Part shown: positions 1-10,358 of the stretch, piece after piece
How the letters are laid out: the number at the start of each line of letters is the position of its first letter
Numbering within the stretch: position 1 is the stretch's first letter
Assembly (NCBI GenBank): GCA_963771355.1
Contig: CAVYTA010000006.1
Span: 608,001-672,000 of the forward strand
Source: an uncultured Candidatus Rokubacteria bacterium
GTDB lineage: Bacteria > Methylomirabilota > Methylomirabilia > Rokubacteriales > CSP1-6
Reading direction: 5' to 3'
DNA length: 64,000 nt
The notes under the pieces: generated by a model
Told to the model about the DNA's origin: nothing
The model's input: the letters and a program-made list of their open reading frames with translations, nothing else
Database searches by the model: none
Program-made: the position numbers and the translations under genes

Positions 1-1
1 G

Positions 2-673
2 AAGGGTACCGAGGTGGACGGCTTCGAGAAGAAGTACGGCTACAAGCCGACGCCCATCCGCACCTCGGTGGACGCCCTCGCCGTCTTCGTGAACAAGGAC
101 AACCCCCTCAAGTGCATGACCATGGCCCAGGTGGACGCGGTGTTCTCCAAGTCCCGTCGCTATGGTCACAAGGAAGACATCAAGACCTGGGGCCAGCTCG
201 GCCTCACCGGCGAGTGGGCCAACAAGCCCATCAGCCTCTACGGCCGCAACTCGGCGTCCGGGACCTACGGCTTCTTCAAGGAGCACGCGCTCAAGAACGG
301 GGACTACAAGGACGAGGTGAAGGAGCAGCCGGGCTCGGCCTCGGTGGTGCAGGGCGCGACGGTGGACCGCTTCGCCATGGGGTATAGCGGCATCGGCTAT
401 GCCACCGCGGGCGTCCGCGCGGTGCCGCTGGCCGAGAAAGAGGGCGCCAAGTGTTACGAGGCCGACCCCGACAACGCCTACGCGGGGACCTATCCGCTCT
501 CGCGCTTCCTCTACGTCTACGTCAACAAGGCGCCAGGCAAGCCGCTGGACCCGCTGACCCGGGAATTCGTGAAGCTGATGGTCTCGAAGGAAGGGCAGGA
601 GGTCGTGATCAAGGACGGGTACTTCCCCATCCCCGCCTCCATCGCCAAGGAAGAGCTGAACAAGGTCCAGTAG
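2..673 (+). CDS. pstS: Phosphate ABC transporter substrate-binding protein (5' truncated by window edge)
   Basis: [24 protein letters not shown] and [10 protein letters not shown] motifs; lies upstream of pstCAB-phoU. Confidence 0.95.
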   Translation, partial: KGTEVDGFEKKYGYKPTPIRTSVDALAVFVNKDNPLKCMTMAQVDAVFSKSRRYGHKEDIKTWGQLGLTGEWANKPISLYGRNSASGTYGFFKEHALKNGDYKDEVKEQPGSASVVQGATVDRFAMGYSGIGYATAGVRAVPLAEKEGAKCYEADPDNAYAGTYPLSRFLYVYVNKAPGKPLDPLTREFVKLMVSKEGQEVVIKDGYFPIPASIAKEELNKVQ

Positions 674-2957
674 GTGGCACTGAACTCGGACGTTCTCGGG
701 GCGGGCGGGCCGGCTTCTCCGGCCCGCCCCCTTGTCGTTTCCCGCGCTCGGACGAGCCGCCGCATCGCGCTGGACCGGTGGACCTCTCGGCTCGTCATCC
801 TCGGCGGCATCATCATCATCGCCGCCATCCTGGCCATCCTCTTCGTCATCGCGGCCGAGGTCTACCCCCTCTTCAAGGCGCCGACCGCATCACTGGTGGT
901 CACCAGGGGGGCGGCGTCCGCGCCGGCCCCGGGCGAGGCGACGGGAGTGGACGAGTACCGGGAGCTGGCCTATGCGGTGACCTCGGGGGGCACACTCGAG
1001 CTGGTCTCGCTCAAGACCAAGGACTCGGCGGCCCTCGTGCCGATCACCGTCCTCGGCGGCGTTCCCGTCACCACCGTGGCCGCGATCGTAAAGGGGCAAC
1101 ATCTCATCGGTACCGCGGACGGCCGGGCGGTGCCCCTCGAGGTGAACTTCGACGTGACGTTCAAGGACGGTCGCCGGACCGTGACACCACGTCCGGTCAT
1201 CGGCGAGCCCCTGATCCTCGACCCCGACCGCAAGCGGCCCGCTGCGCCAGATCAGCTTCGCGGTGACCCCGACGGGGCCGGTGACGGTGGCGCAGGTCGG
1301 CCCGACCGAGCTGGTCGTGCTGTCGGTGATCGAGAAGAAGGCGCTGATTGGCGGGACCACCAAGGTGGAGACGCGGCTGCCTCTGCCCGTGTCCACGGAC
1401 GGCGAGATCACCGCGCTCCGGCTCGACGGGCGCGGGGAGGACCTGTTCATCGGGACCTCTCAGGGCCGGGTCCTCCACTATGACCTCCGCGAGAAGGGAA
1501 GCCCGACGGTGATGGAGGCGATCACGGTGGGTACGACGCCGGGGACGCCCATCACTGCGCTCGGTTTCCTTCTCGGCGACCGAACCCTGGTGGCCGGCGA
1601 TGCCGCGGGCCGGGTGTCCACCTGGCAGGTCGTCCCGCCTCCGCAAGGGGGAGACCGTCGTCTGACGCGCGTCTACGATTTCAAGCCACACGCAGGGCCC
1701 GTGGTGGCAATCAGCGCCTCGAAGCGGGACAAGGGCTTCGTCACCGCGGACGCCACCGGCCAGCTTCACCTCAACTATGCGACCTCGGGGCAGACCCTGC
1801 TTTCCCCGAAGGCTCCGGGCGGGGATTTGCGAGCCGTCGTGTTCACCCCCAAGACCGATGGCATCGTGAGCGTGGATGGCAAGGGTGTCTGGTCGCAGTG
1901 GGACGTGGACAACCCCCACCCGGAGATCACCCTCAAGACGGTGTTCGGGAAGGTCTGGTACGAGGGCTACTCGAAGCCGGAGTACGTCTGGCAGTCGACG
2001 GGGGGCACCGACGACTTCGAGGCGAAGTTCAGCCTGACCCCGCTCATCTACGGCACGCTCAAGGGCACGTTCTACGCGCTCCTCTTCGCGGTCCCGCTCT
2101 CCTTGCTTGCCGCGACCTACGTGAGCGAGTTCATGCACCCGACGGTCAAGGGGTACGTGAAGCCGGTGGTGGAGATCATGGCCGCCCTCCCGAGCGTTGT
2201 TCTCGGATTCCTGGCCGGGCTGTGGCTCGCCCCCATGATCGAGCGCGTGGTGCCGGGGCTCTTCCTGCTGCCGTTCGTCCTGACCGTGTGCATTCTCGTC
2301 GCGTTCGCGGCGTGGCGCACCGTCCCGCTGGCCATCCGGGGATGGTTCAAGACCGGAACCGAGGTCTTCCTGCTCCTGCCGGTGGTGATCGCGGGCGCCT
2401 GGATCGCCTTCGCGCTGGGCGGGCTGGTGGAGGCGACCCTGCTCGGCGGTAGCTATCGCGGGTGGCTGCTGTCTGCCCTGGGGCTCACGTACGACCAGCG
2501 CAACTCCCTGGTGGTGGGGGTGGCGATGGGCTTCGCGGTGATCCCCATCATCTTCACCATCGCCGAGGACTCGCTGGCCAACGTGCCCCACCACCTCCGC
2601 GCGGGGTCTCTCGCGCTGGGGGCGAACCGCTGGCAGACCGCGCTGCGCATCGTCCTCCCCACCGCGAGCCCGGGGATCTTCTCGGCGATCATGATCGGCT
2701 TCGGACGCGCCGTGGGCGAGACCATGATCGTGCTCATGGCCACCGGCAATACGCCGGTCATGGACTGGAGCATCTTCAACGGCTTCCGGGCGCTGTCCGC
2801 CAATATCGCGGTGGAGCTGCCGGAGGCGCCGGAAGGCGGGACGCTCTTCCGGGTCCTCTTCCTCGCGGCCTTTCTCCTCTTCTGCCTGACCTTCGCCGTG
2901 AACACCATCGCCGAGCTGGTCCGCCTCAAGCTCCGGCAGAGGTACCGGTACCTGTGA
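674..2957 (+). CDS. pstC: Phosphate ABC permease PstC with a large beta-propeller-like extracytoplasmic domain; split by a +1 frameshift near 1238-1240
   Basis: ORF 674.. has an N-terminal TM helix; ORF 1263..2957 has the permease loop (GSLALGANRWQT, RAVGETM). Removing one C from CGGCCCG gives a continuous DRKRPLRQISFAVTPTGP. Confidence 0.88.
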
Positions 2958-4567
2958 GCTCGCGGCTCGGGAAGACGTGGCGGAGCGGTGAGCCGTTCAT
3001 CTGGCTCACGGGGGGCGCGCTGGCTCTCGCGCTCTTGCTCGTGGCCGGGCTCATCGGGCTCATTCTCTACAACGGGCTCGGGTTCTTCTGGCCCCAGAGC
3101 GTGGCGCGCCTGACTCTCGCCGACGGGAAGGTGATGACCGGCCAGGTGGTGGAGCGCGAGCCCATCCCCGGGAAGGTCGGCGAATACCGCATCAAGATCA
3201 AGGTCGCCAATCGCGATCTCTACGGGGCGGACTTCCAGTGGGTGGACGAGGGGCAGGTCACGCGCCGGGACTACCCGCCCGACGTCGCCGTGGTCGAGCG
3301 GACGGACTGGGGGCTGCTGATCGGCGGACTCGCGGAGGTGCGCGAGGGCGACGCGGTGCTGGCAAAGGGCCCGCAGGCGGCGCTGGCCGAGGCCCGGAAG
3401 CGGATGCCCGAGGCGGCGCGCCTCCGGGCCGAGATTCGCGACATCGAGACCGGAGAGATCGGCTCGATCAATTTCGCCCAGGAGAAGTTACGTCTCCGGG
3501 CCAAGGGGCTCGAGCGCAAGGGCATCATTGCCGGTCCCGAGGTGGAGGCGATCGAGCGCGAGCTGGCCGCGCTGCACTCGCGCTACACGACCCAGGAGGC
3601 GCGGCTCAACGCGCTACGCAAGCAGCAGGGGGCGAGCCTCCTGGTGACGGCGGACGGCGGCAGGGAAAAGGTGCTGCCCCTCGCCCAGGTACTCGACGTG
3701 TACTTCCCCAACGCCATGGGGCTGCCCGCCAAGACGTGGCACTACACGACCCGGGTGTGGGAGTTCGTGTCCGCCGAGCCGCGCGAGTCGAACACGGAGG
3801 GAGGGGTGTTCCCGGCCATCTTCGGCACCGTGATGATGGTGGTGATCATGAGCATCCTGGTGACCCCGCTCGGGGTGCTCGCCGCCTTCTACCTGCGCGA
3901 GTACGCGAAGCAGGGGCCGTTCGTGAGCGCGGTCCGGATCGCGGTGAATAACCTGGCCGGGGTGCCCTCCATCGTGTTCGGGGTGTTCGGGGTCGGCTTC
4001 TTCATCTACTTCGTGGGCGGCACCATCGACCGGCTCTTCTACGCGGATGCGCTCCCCACCCCGACCTACGGCACCGGGGGCATCCTCTGGGCATCGCTGA
4101 CACTGGCGCTCCTCACGGTGCCGGTGGTGATCGTGGCCACCGAGGAAGGGTTGGCCGCCATTCCGCGGGGCATCCGCGAGGCCTCCCTGGCGCTGTCCGC
4201 CACCAAGCTCGAGACGACGCTCCGCGTGGTTCTGCCCGCGGTGATGCCGTCCATCCTCACCGGGCTCATCCTCGCCATGGCACGGGCGGCCGGTGAAGTG
4301 GCGCCTCTCATGATCACGGGGGTGGTGAAGCTGGCGCCGTCCTTGCCCATCGACGGATTCTGGCCCTTCCTGCATCTCGACCGGAAGTTCATGCACCTCG
4401 GCTTTCACATCTACGACGTGGGCTTCCAGTCGCCCAACGTGGACGCGGCGCGGCCCATGGTCTTCGCGACGACCCTTCTGCTCCTCGCCATCGTGGTGCT
4501 CCTCAATCTCTTCGCCATCAGCACGCGCAACCGGCTGCGCCGGAAGTACGCCACCTCGGCGGTCTAG
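2954..4567 (+). CDS. pstA: Phosphate ABC permease PstA
   Basis: GTGA overlap with the pstC stop; [22 protein letters not shown] and [10 protein letters not shown] motifs. Confidence 0.93.
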   Translation: MSSRLGKTWRSGEPFIWLTGGALALALLLVAGLIGLILYNGLGFFWPQSVARLTLADGKVMTGQVVEREPIPGKVGEYRIKIKVANRDLYGADFQWVDEGQVTRRDYPPDVAVVERTDWGLLIGGLAEVREGDAVLAKGPQAALAEARKRMPEAARLRAEIRDIETGEIGSINFAQEKLRLRAKGLERKGIIAGPEVEAIERELAALHSRYTTQEARLNALRKQQGASLLVTADGGREKVLPLAQVLDVYFPNAMGLPAKTWHYTTRVWEFVSAEPRESNTEGGVFPAIFGTVMMVVIMSILVTPLGVLAAFYLREYAKQGPFVSAVRIAVNNLAGVPSIVFGVFGVGFFIYFVGGTIDRLFYADALPTPTYGTGGILWASLTLALLTVPVVIVATEEGLAAIPRGIREASLALSATKLETTLRVVLPAVMPSILTGLILAMARAAGEVAPLMITGVVKLAPSLPIDGFWPFLHLDRKFMHLGFHIYDVGFQSPNVDAARPMVFATTLLLLAIVVLLNLFAISTRNRLRRKYATSAV

Positions 4568-4595
4568 CACGGCTCCCATGCCCCAGGAGGCTCTC

Positions 4596-5414
4596 ATGGC
4601 TGGAAACGTCGGGATCGCGACAAACCTCAATCCCCGGGCGGAGGCGGCCTCTATACTGGAAAGCCCCATGGTGGAGATCGACCACCTCTCCCTTTATTAC
4701 GGCGAGAAGCTGGCGCTCAAGGACGTGTCCATGTCCGTCCCCAAGCACCGCGTGACCGCCTATATCGGGCCGTCGGGCTGCGGGAAGTCCACCCTGCTCC
4801 GGTGCATCAACCGGATGAACGATCTCGTGGACGGCGTCCGCATCCTGGGGACGGTCCGGATCGGCGGCACCGACATCTACGACCGCGGCATGGACGTCAC
4901 CGAGCTGCGCAAGCGCGTGGGCATGGTGTTCCAGAAGTCCAACCCGTTCCCCAAGACCATTTTCGAGAACGTCGCCTACGGCCCCCGGATCCTGGGGGTG
5001 AAGAGCCGCAGCGATCTCGAGGGTATCGTGGAGCGGAGCCTGCGCGCGGCCGCCCTCTGGGACGAGGTCAGCGACCGGATGCACGAGAGCGCGCTGGGGC
5101 TGTCCGGCGGCCAGCAGCAGCGCCTCTGTATCGCCCGGGCCATCGCGGTGGAGCCGGACGTGCTCCTGATGGACGAGCCCTGCTCGGCGCTGGATCCGAT
5201 TGCCACCGCCCGGATCGAGGAGCTGATGCTCGAGCTCAAGAATAGCTACACCATCGTCATCGTCACTCACAACATGCAGCAGGCGGCCCGGGTGTCGGAC
5301 TATACCGGCTTCATGCTCCTGGGCGAGCTGGCGGAGTACGGCGTGACGCGGGAGCTCTTCACCAATCCGCGGGACAAGCGCACCGAGGACTACATCACCG
5401 GGCGCTTCGGTTAG
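4596..5414 (+). CDS. pstB: Phosphate ABC transporter ATP-binding protein
   Basis: [31 protein letters not shown]-terminal YITGRFG; GGAGG precedes ATG 4596. Confidence 0.97.
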   Translation: MAGNVGIATNLNPRAEAASILESPMVEIDHLSLYYGEKLALKDVSMSVPKHRVTAYIGPSGCGKSTLLRCINRMNDLVDGVRILGTVRIGGTDIYDRGMDVTELRKRVGMVFQKSNPFPKTIFENVAYGPRILGVKSRSDLEGIVERSLRAAALWDEVSDRMHESALGLSGGQQQRLCIARAIAVEPDVLLMDEPCSALDPIATARIEELMLELKNSYTIVIVTHNMQQAARVSDYTGFMLLGELAEYGVTRELFTNPRDKRTEDYITGRFG

Positions 5415-5423
5415 GGGGGTCCC

Positions 5424-6080
5424 ATGCAGCGGCACTTCCACGATGAGCTGGACACGCTCAAGCAGACCCTGCTCGCCATGGGCGGGCTGGTCGAGGACCA
5501 GATCCGCCGGGTGATGCGGGCGCTCCTCGAGCGGGACGACGCGCTCGCGCACGACGTGATCGAGCGGGACCGGCAGGTGAACCAGTACGACGTCGAGGTG
5601 GACGAGAAGTGCGTGGAGCTGCTCGCGTTGCACCAGCCGGCGGCGAGCGATCTCCGCTTCATCACCACCGCCATGAAGATCGTCACCGACCTCGAGCGCA
5701 TCGGCGACCAGGCGGTGAACATCGCCCAGCGCGCCATCGAGCTACACCAGGAGCCCCAGCTCAAGCCCTACGTCGACCTGCCCCGGATGGCGGAGATGGC
5801 GCAGCGGATGGTCAAGGAGAGCCTGGATGCCTTCGTGGCGCGCGACACCGCGCTGGCGCGGGCGGTGTGCGCGGGGGACGAGGCGGTGGACGCGCTCAAG
5901 GAGCAGATCTTCCGCGAGCTCCTGACCTTCATGATGTCCGACCCGCGCACGATCCCACGCGCGCTGCGCCTCATCCTGATCTCCCGGTTCATGGAGCGGG
6001 TGGCCGACCACGCCACCAATATCGCGGAGATGGTGATCTACATGGTCGAGGGCAAGATGGTGCGTCACACCCTGGCGTAG
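5424..6080 (+). CDS. phoU: Phosphate signalling regulator PhoU
   Basis: DLERIGDQAVNIA and ERVADHATNIAE repeats. Confidence 0.96.
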   Translation: MQRHFHDELDTLKQTLLAMGGLVEDQIRRVMRALLERDDALAHDVIERDRQVNQYDVEVDEKCVELLALHQPAASDLRFITTAMKIVTDLERIGDQAVNIAQRAIELHQEPQLKPYVDLPRMAEMAQRMVKESLDAFVARDTALARAVCAGDEAVDALKEQIFRELLTFMMSDPRTIPRALRLILISRFMERVADHATNIAEMVIYMVEGKMVRHTLA

Positions 6081-6109
6081 GGCGAACACCGGCCATGTAT
6101 ACTTTGGGC

Positions 6110-7138
6110 GTGAGCGCCGATCGTCGCTATCATCTGCAGTCCGAGGAGGCAAATCGGGCCGTCGACGCGCTCCTCGAGCAGCTCCGCGTACCGGCGGGCC
6201 AGTGGCGTCTCTACTCGGACATGCTCACCACCGTGCTCAAGCTGTACGAGGACGGGGCGGGGGTGGTGGACCTCAAGATCACCAGCGCCGCGCTGAAGGA
6301 GCTCCGCTACGGCTACAAGGTGTTCGCGCCGTGGCGGGGTACTCCCAAGGTCACGGTGTTCGGCTCCGCGCGCACCCCCGCCGACCATCCCGTGTCCCAG
6401 CAGGCTCACGCCTTCGGCAAGCGCATGACCGCGGGAGGCTGGATGGTCATGACCGGCGCCGGGAGCGGAGTGATGGGCGCGGCCCAGGAGGGAGCGGGGC
6501 GGGAAAAGTCCTTCGGGCTCAATATCCGGCTGCCCTTCGAGCAGGAGGCCAATCCCTGGATCCTGGACGACCCCAAGCTCATCACCTTCAAGTATTTCTT
6601 CACCCGCAAGCTATTCCTCGTCCGGGAAGCTCATGCCATGGCGTACTTTCCCGGCGGGTTCGGCACGGCCGACGAGGCCTTTGAGACCCTGACGCTCATC
6701 CAGACCGGCAAGGCGGCGCTGGTGCCGGTGGTGCTGGTGGACGCGCCGGGCGGCAAGTACTGGGAGGCCCTCGAGGGCTTCGTCCGCGAGCACGTCGCCG
6801 GAGAGGGGATGATCTCGCCCGAGGACTTCGCCCTGTATCGGCGCATCGACGACGTGGAGGCGGCCGCGGCCGAGATCGAGCGCTTCTATCGCGTCTTCCA
6901 CTCCCAGCGGTATGTCGGCGACACGCTGATCTTCCGGTTGCGCCGGCCGCTGGAGCCAGGCGCGCTCGCGGATCTCGGGTCACGCTTCGCCGACATCCTG
7001 AGCGGACCGGCCGAGCAGGCCCCGGGTCCCCTCGACGCCGAGGGCGGAGAGCATCCCGAGCTGCCGCGCCTCATCCTACCCTTCAACCGCCGGAGCTACG
7101 GGCGACTGCGCCAGCTGATCGACGCCGTCAACCAGTAG
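6110..7138 (+). CDS. LOG-family (Rossmann-fold nucleotide-binding) protein; start GTG 6110 or ATG 6095
   Basis: VTVFGSART, TGAGSGVMGAA, YFFTRK and FPGGFGTADE motifs. Confidence 0.88.
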   Translation: MSADRRYHLQSEEANRAVDALLEQLRVPAGQWRLYSDMLTTVLKLYEDGAGVVDLKITSAALKELRYGYKVFAPWRGTPKVTVFGSARTPADHPVSQQAHAFGKRMTAGGWMVMTGAGSGVMGAAQEGAGREKSFGLNIRLPFEQEANPWILDDPKLITFKYFFTRKLFLVREAHAMAYFPGGFGTADEAFETLTLIQTGKAALVPVVLVDAPGGKYWEALEGFVREHVAGEGMISPEDFALYRRIDDVEAAAAEIERFYRVFHSQRYVGDTLIFRLRRPLEPGALADLGSRFADILSGPAEQAPGPLDAEGGEHPELPRLILPFNRRSYGRLRQLIDAVNQ

Positions 7139-7188
7139 TAGCGGGCAGTAGCGGGCCGCCGTAGCGGGCGACCCGCGGGCGGCCCTAC
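7138..7188. repeat. Three GTAGCGGGC direct repeats within a GC-rich hairpin between convergent genes (REP-like or terminator)
   Basis: GTAGCGGGC at 7138, 7148 and 7161; GGCCGCC pairs with GGCGGCC and encloses the inner hairpin GCGGG-CGA-CCCGC. Confidence 0.45.
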
Positions 7189-7424
7189 TCGGGCTCCTCG
7201 CGCTCCTCGGTCCACTGGCAGGCGGCGCAAACCCAGGTGCGGAGCAAGGTCACCCGCTGGGGGTCGCGACGGAGCGTCCAGGGTATGAGCTTCTTGGCTC
7301 CGCAGCGGGGACATACCTCGGTGGGTTGACCGGGCTGCACGCTCGACGGGAGCCACGGGACCTTCCGTTGCAGCGGGGCTTTCAGCGGAGCTCGCGACGG
7401 AGGCGGCGGGGGCGACGGCGTCAT
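7185..7424 (-). CDS. Small zinc-ribbon protein (CPRC...CAAC), 79 aa
   Basis: Two CxxC pairs; TATAAT lies 7 nt upstream of the ATG. Confidence 0.7.
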   Translation of the reverse strand: MTPSPPPPPSRAPLKAPLQRKVPWLPSSVQPGQPTEVCPRCGAKKLIPWTLRRDPQRVTLLRTWVCAACQWTEEREEPE

Positions 7425-7453
7425 GCGCGGGATTATACCGTATCATCGCGGGC

Positions 7454-8341
7454 GTGCGCGCCGAGGTCGTGCTGGTTCTCGCCAACATCGTCTACGCGAC
7501 CTCGTACGTCGCGACCCGCGTCGCGCTCGAGAATGTCCCGCCCTCGACCCTGGCCCTCATCCGGCTCGTCATCGGGGCGCTCATCCTGGTCCCGCTCGCC
7601 TTCGCTCTCCGGAGACCCGAGGCGCCGGCGTTGTCCCGCGCCGACCGGTGGCGGCTCTTCTGGATGGGCGCGCTGGGGTTCGCGGGGGCCTTCGCCTTCT
7701 CGCACTGGGGCCTCGCGCGCTCGACCGCCACGAATGCGGCGCTGCTCATCACGGTGGAGCCCATCACACTGCTGCTGCTGGCACCGCTCGTCCTCGGCGA
7801 GCGGCTCTCGCGGAGGGAAGCGGCCGGTGCCGCGCTCGCGCTCCTGGGAGCGGCGGTCGTGATCGCCAACGGCATTCCCGGTATCTCCCAGACGCTGGTG
7901 CCGCACTGGCGCGGTGACCTCCTCCTCATCCTGGCCGGGGTGGCCTATGCCTCCTACTCGCTGATCGGTCGGGAGATCCTCGCGCGCCATTCCTCTCTCT
8001 CGGTCACCGCGTGGTCGATCGTCTGGGGCGCGCTCGCCATGGTGCCCCTGGCTCTGATCGAGCGGGCGTGGGGGGCGGTGCCCCGGCTCACGCCCTGGGC
8101 GGTCGCCGGCACCCTGTACCTGGCCGTGGTCATCACCGCCCTGGGCTATCTGGCCTGGAACTATGCGCTGGAGCGGGTGTCGGCCTCCCGCGCCGCCATT
8201 TTCCTCAATCTCCAGCCGCTGGTGGGCTCACTGCTGGGGGTGGGATTGCTGGGTGAGCCCTTGACGCCCTATACCGTGGTCGGGGGCGGGCTCATCCTGG
8301 CCGGTCTGAGTCTCACCGTCAAAGGGCAGGGGAAGCGGTAA
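7454..8341 (+). CDS. EamA/DMT family transporter
   Basis: About ten hydrophobic helices in two EamA repeats (LVLGERL, LLGEPL). Confidence 0.9.
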   Translation: MRAEVVLVLANIVYATSYVATRVALENVPPSTLALIRLVIGALILVPLAFALRRPEAPALSRADRWRLFWMGALGFAGAFAFSHWGLARSTATNAALLITVEPITLLLLAPLVLGERLSRREAAGAALALLGAAVVIANGIPGISQTLVPHWRGDLLLILAGVAYASYSLIGREILARHSSLSVTAWSIVWGALAMVPLALIERAWGAVPRLTPWAVAGTLYLAVVITALGYLAWNYALERVSASRAAIFLNLQPLVGSLLGVGLLGEPLTPYTVVGGGLILAGLSLTVKGQGKR

Positions 8342-8350
8342 GATAGGCCC

Positions 8351-10072
8351 ATGAGACGGGTGCGGGTCGCCCTCGCCCAGGTCAATCCCACGGTCGGGGC
8401 CGTCGAAGCCAATGCCCGGATGGTCATCGATTGGATGGACCGGGCCCGCGCCCTCGGCGCCGACGTGGTGGCCTTCCCCGAGCTGGTGCTCACCGGGTAT
8501 CCCCCCGAGGATCTCGTCTTCAAGTCCGCCTTCATCGAGGCCAATCTCCGTGCGCTCGGCGACGTGGCGCGGGCCAGCCGCGATCTCACCGCGGTGGTGG
8601 GATTCGTGGACAAGCGCGACGACATCTTCAATGCCGCCGCCGTGCTGCATGGCGGCACCCACGCCGGCACCTATCACAAGCAGTACCTGCCGAACTACGG
8701 AGTCTTCGACGAGAACCGCTACTTCCAGGCCGGCACCGAGTACCCCATCTTCGCGGTGGGCGACGTGGTGCTCGCCGCCAATATCTGCGAGGACATCTGG
8801 TACCCGACGGGGCCGACCACCGTCCAGGCGCTGGCGGGAGCCGACCTCATCATCAGCATCAACGCCTCCCCGTTTCACGCGGGCAAGGCCCAGTTCCGGG
8901 AGAAGATGCTGGCCACGCGCGCGGCCGACGACCTCGTCTGCCTCGCCTTCGTCAATACGGTGGGCGGGCAGGACGAGCTGGTGTTCGACGGCCAGTCCTT
9001 CATCTTCAACGAGAAGGGTGAGCGGGTGGCGCGCGGGCAGGCCTTCGAGGAGGACCTCGTGGTCGCGGACCTCGACCTCGACAATGTCTTCCGCGCCCGC
9101 CTCCACGACTCGCGCCGGCGAAAGGAGAAGCAGCGGGGCGAGAACGCGGCCCGCCGGATCGTGCTCCCCGCGCTCCCCGACCGTGCGCGGCCGGCGCTGC
9201 CCGCGCGCGAAGAGCCCCAGGTGGACCGCCCCGAGGAGATCTACCGAGCGCTGGTGGTGGGCCTCGGCGACTACGTGCGGAAGAGCGGGTTCCGTCATGT
9301 GGTGATGGGACTCTCGGGCGGAATCGACTCGGCGCTGGTGGCCTGCATCGCGGTGGACGCGCTCGGCGCCGCCAACGTGACCGGGGTCACCATGCCCTCG
9401 CCGTATTCCTCGGCGGGCACCCGCCGCGACGCGGCCCGGATGGCGAAGAACCTGGGCATCGAGTTCCTCCGACTGCCCATCACCAGCGTGTTCAAGGCCT
9501 ATGCGCGGGCGCTCGCCAAGCCGTTCAAGGGCCTCAAGGCGGACGTGGCCGAGGAGAACCTCCAGGCGCGCATCCGCGGCAACTATCTGATGGCGCTCTC
9601 CAACAAGTTCGGCTGGCTGGTCCTCACCACCGGCAACAAGAGCGAGATCGGCGTGGGCTACTCGACGCTCTACGGCGACATGGCCGGCGGCTTCGCGGTG
9701 ATCAAGGACGTACCCAAGACCCTGGTCTATGAGCTCTCCGCCCACGCCAATGCGCGGGCGGGCCGCGAGCTCATCCCGCGATCCATCTTCGAGCGGGCGC
9801 CCTCGGCGGAGCTCAGGCCCGACCAGACCGATCAGGACTCGCTGCCGCCCTATCCGGTGCTCGACGCCATCCTCGAAGCGTACGTGGAGGGTGACCAGGG
9901 GATCCCCGACATCGTCGCGCGGGGCTTCGACGAGGCCACTGTCCGACGGGTCATCGCCATGGTGGACCGCAACGAGTACAAGCGACGGCAGGGTCCCATC
10001 GGAATCAAGATCACTCCGCGCGCGTTCGGCAAGGACTGGCGGCTTCCGATCGTCAATCGCTTCCGCGAATAG
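8351..10072 (+). CDS. nadE: Glutamine-dependent NAD+ synthetase
   Basis: Nitrilase domain (FPELVLTGYPPED, LPNYGVFDE, ICEDIW) plus GLSGGIDS, TGNKSE and PSAELRPDQTD. Confidence 0.96.
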   Translation: MRRVRVALAQVNPTVGAVEANARMVIDWMDRARALGADVVAFPELVLTGYPPEDLVFKSAFIEANLRALGDVARASRDLTAVVGFVDKRDDIFNAAAVLHGGTHAGTYHKQYLPNYGVFDENRYFQAGTEYPIFAVGDVVLAANICEDIWYPTGPTTVQALAGADLIISINASPFHAGKAQFREKMLATRAADDLVCLAFVNTVGGQDELVFDGQSFIFNEKGERVARGQAFEEDLVVADLDLDNVFRARLHDSRRRKEKQRGENAARRIVLPALPDRARPALPAREEPQVDRPEEIYRALVVGLGDYVRKSGFRHVVMGLSGGIDSALVACIAVDALGAANVTGVTMPSPYSSAGTRRDAARMAKNLGIEFLRLPITSVFKAYARALAKPFKGLKADVAEENLQARIRGNYLMALSNKFGWLVLTTGNKSEIGVGYSTLYGDMAGGFAVIKDVPKTLVYELSAHANARAGRELIPRSIFERAPSAELRPDQTDQDSLPPYPVLDAILEAYVEGDQGIPDIVARGFDEATVRRVIAMVDRNEYKRRQGPIGIKITPRAFGKDWRLPIVNRFRE

Positions 10073-10254
10073 CCTCGCTGTACGCTCGGATTGTCGACAG
10101 TGTCAGCTTTCTGGTGTAGTGTCTCCGAAAAGTGTCAGCCCGCAACAAATCTGGGCGCTACGGTTTTCGTAGCGCGTCCACTTCGACGATTCGACGCGGC
10201 AAGTAACGCCATGTAATTCACCGGGTTAGCAAACCTTGCAGAGTCTGCGCACTG

Positions 10255-10270
10255 TGGTACACGGCTTGCT
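10255..10270 (+). promoter_or_regulatory. Sigma54 (-24/-12) promoter upstream of the PilB/GspE ATPase
   Basis: TGGTAC-ACGGC-TTGCT matches TGGCAC-N5-TTGC at all but one base; sits in an AT-richer intergenic region. Confidence 0.72.
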
Positions 10271-10358
10271 AACAATCTTTGTGGCGCAGGGCTCGATGCC
10301 TCTCGCACCGCGCGACCGTGCCGAGACGTGAGCGTTCGTTGACCAGAGGGCAGGACAC

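Noticed and set aside
1230..1265. Programmed ribosomal frameshifting in pstC or the SPOR gene
   Set aside because: No slippery heptamer or stimulatory structure; single-base homopolymer error is more parsimonious
10073..10358. Possible ncRNA or c-di-GMP riboswitch in the AT-richer region before the PilB-like gene
   Set aside because: No recognisable riboswitch core; the sigma54 promoter and upstream boxes explain the region
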